Shown: piece by piece, positions 63,719 through 64,000 of the stretch
How the letters are laid out: each line of letters begins with the position of its first letter
How positions within the stretch are numbered: position 1 is the first letter of the stretch
Notes under the pieces: generated by a model
What the model was told of the DNA's origin: nothing
Databases searched by the model: none
What the model saw: only the letters and a program-made list of their open reading frames with translations
Made by a program: the position numbers and the translations under genes
Source of the DNA: an uncultured euryarchaeote
GTDB lineage: Archaea; Thermoplasmatota; Poseidoniia; Poseidoniales; Poseidoniaceae
NCBI GenBank assembly: GCA_937892945.1
Contig: CALBIL010000038.1
Span: forward strand, 66,102 to 130,101
Direction of reading: 5' to 3'
Length of the DNA: 64,000 nucleotides

Positions 63719-64000
63719 TCACGAACCGCAACTGAGGCAGTCATCAGGCGTATCAAGTGAACAAGCGATAGCTTCGAGACTTGAAATGTCTTCAGCACGT
63801 TCTGCCAGTCCACCAACAGTTTGATCTTCGGCTTTCTTTGCTTCAACAGTGAATTGGATTGCATCTGATGCAGCTTTGGTTCGGAGGTAATACATTCCGG
63901 TTTTGAGCCCCTGCTTCCATCCATAGAAGTGCATCGAAGTGACCTTAGCCGGATTTGCATCAACCATGTGAATGTTGAGTGATTGGCTTTGATCGACGTA
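63719..64000 (-). CDS. nrdA: Class I ribonucleotide reductase alpha subunit, C-terminal fragment
   Basis: [18 protein letters not shown], terminal CLSCGS redox pair; truncated by the window edge. Confidence 0.93.
   Translation of the reverse strand, partial: YVDQSQSLNIHMVDANPAKVTSMHFYGWKQGLKTGMYYLRTKAASDAIQFTVEAKKAEDQTVGGLAERAEDISSLEAIACSLDTPDDCLSCGS

Overview
Gene-dense archaeal chromosome segment, most consistent with Marine Group II Euryarchaeota (Poseidoniales, Thermoplasmatota). This assignment is inferred from the unsplit rpoB, GGAGG/GGTGA ribosome-binding sites, several giant DxDxDG-repeat surface proteins and bacterial-type catabolic genes. The window holds the RNA polymerase operon (rpoH-rpoB-rpoA1-rpoA2-rpl30e), tRNA-Lys(UUU), tRNA-Leu(UAA), a HemK-like methyltransferase fused to a biotin ligase, a Pop5-like gene and a divergent FtsZ. 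It also carries a five-gene Rieske/cytochrome b6-type operon, a convergent asnB-gshA-ferredoxin operon, a methylmalonyl/propionyl-CoA cluster, gdhA, an XPD/DinG helicase, four large surface proteins, lipA plus a branched-chain 2-oxoacid dehydrogenase operon, and the 3' end of a class I nrdA. No integrase, transposase or CRISPR array was seen. Three observations stand out. (1) The b6-type complex retains the heme ci cysteine, its subunit IV is fused to an HdrD/GlpC-like 2x[4Fe-4S]+2xCCG module, it has no canonical cytochrome c1/f, and it lies next to a thiol-biosynthesis operon. (2) The RNA polymerase is remodelled: RpoH and RpoA'' share one extra N-terminal domain, RpoA' has a 4-Cys insertion, and two clamp zinc sites are degenerate. 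(3) Two structured intergenic regions are candidate ncRNAs. All calls come from reading motifs by eye; no database searches were run.
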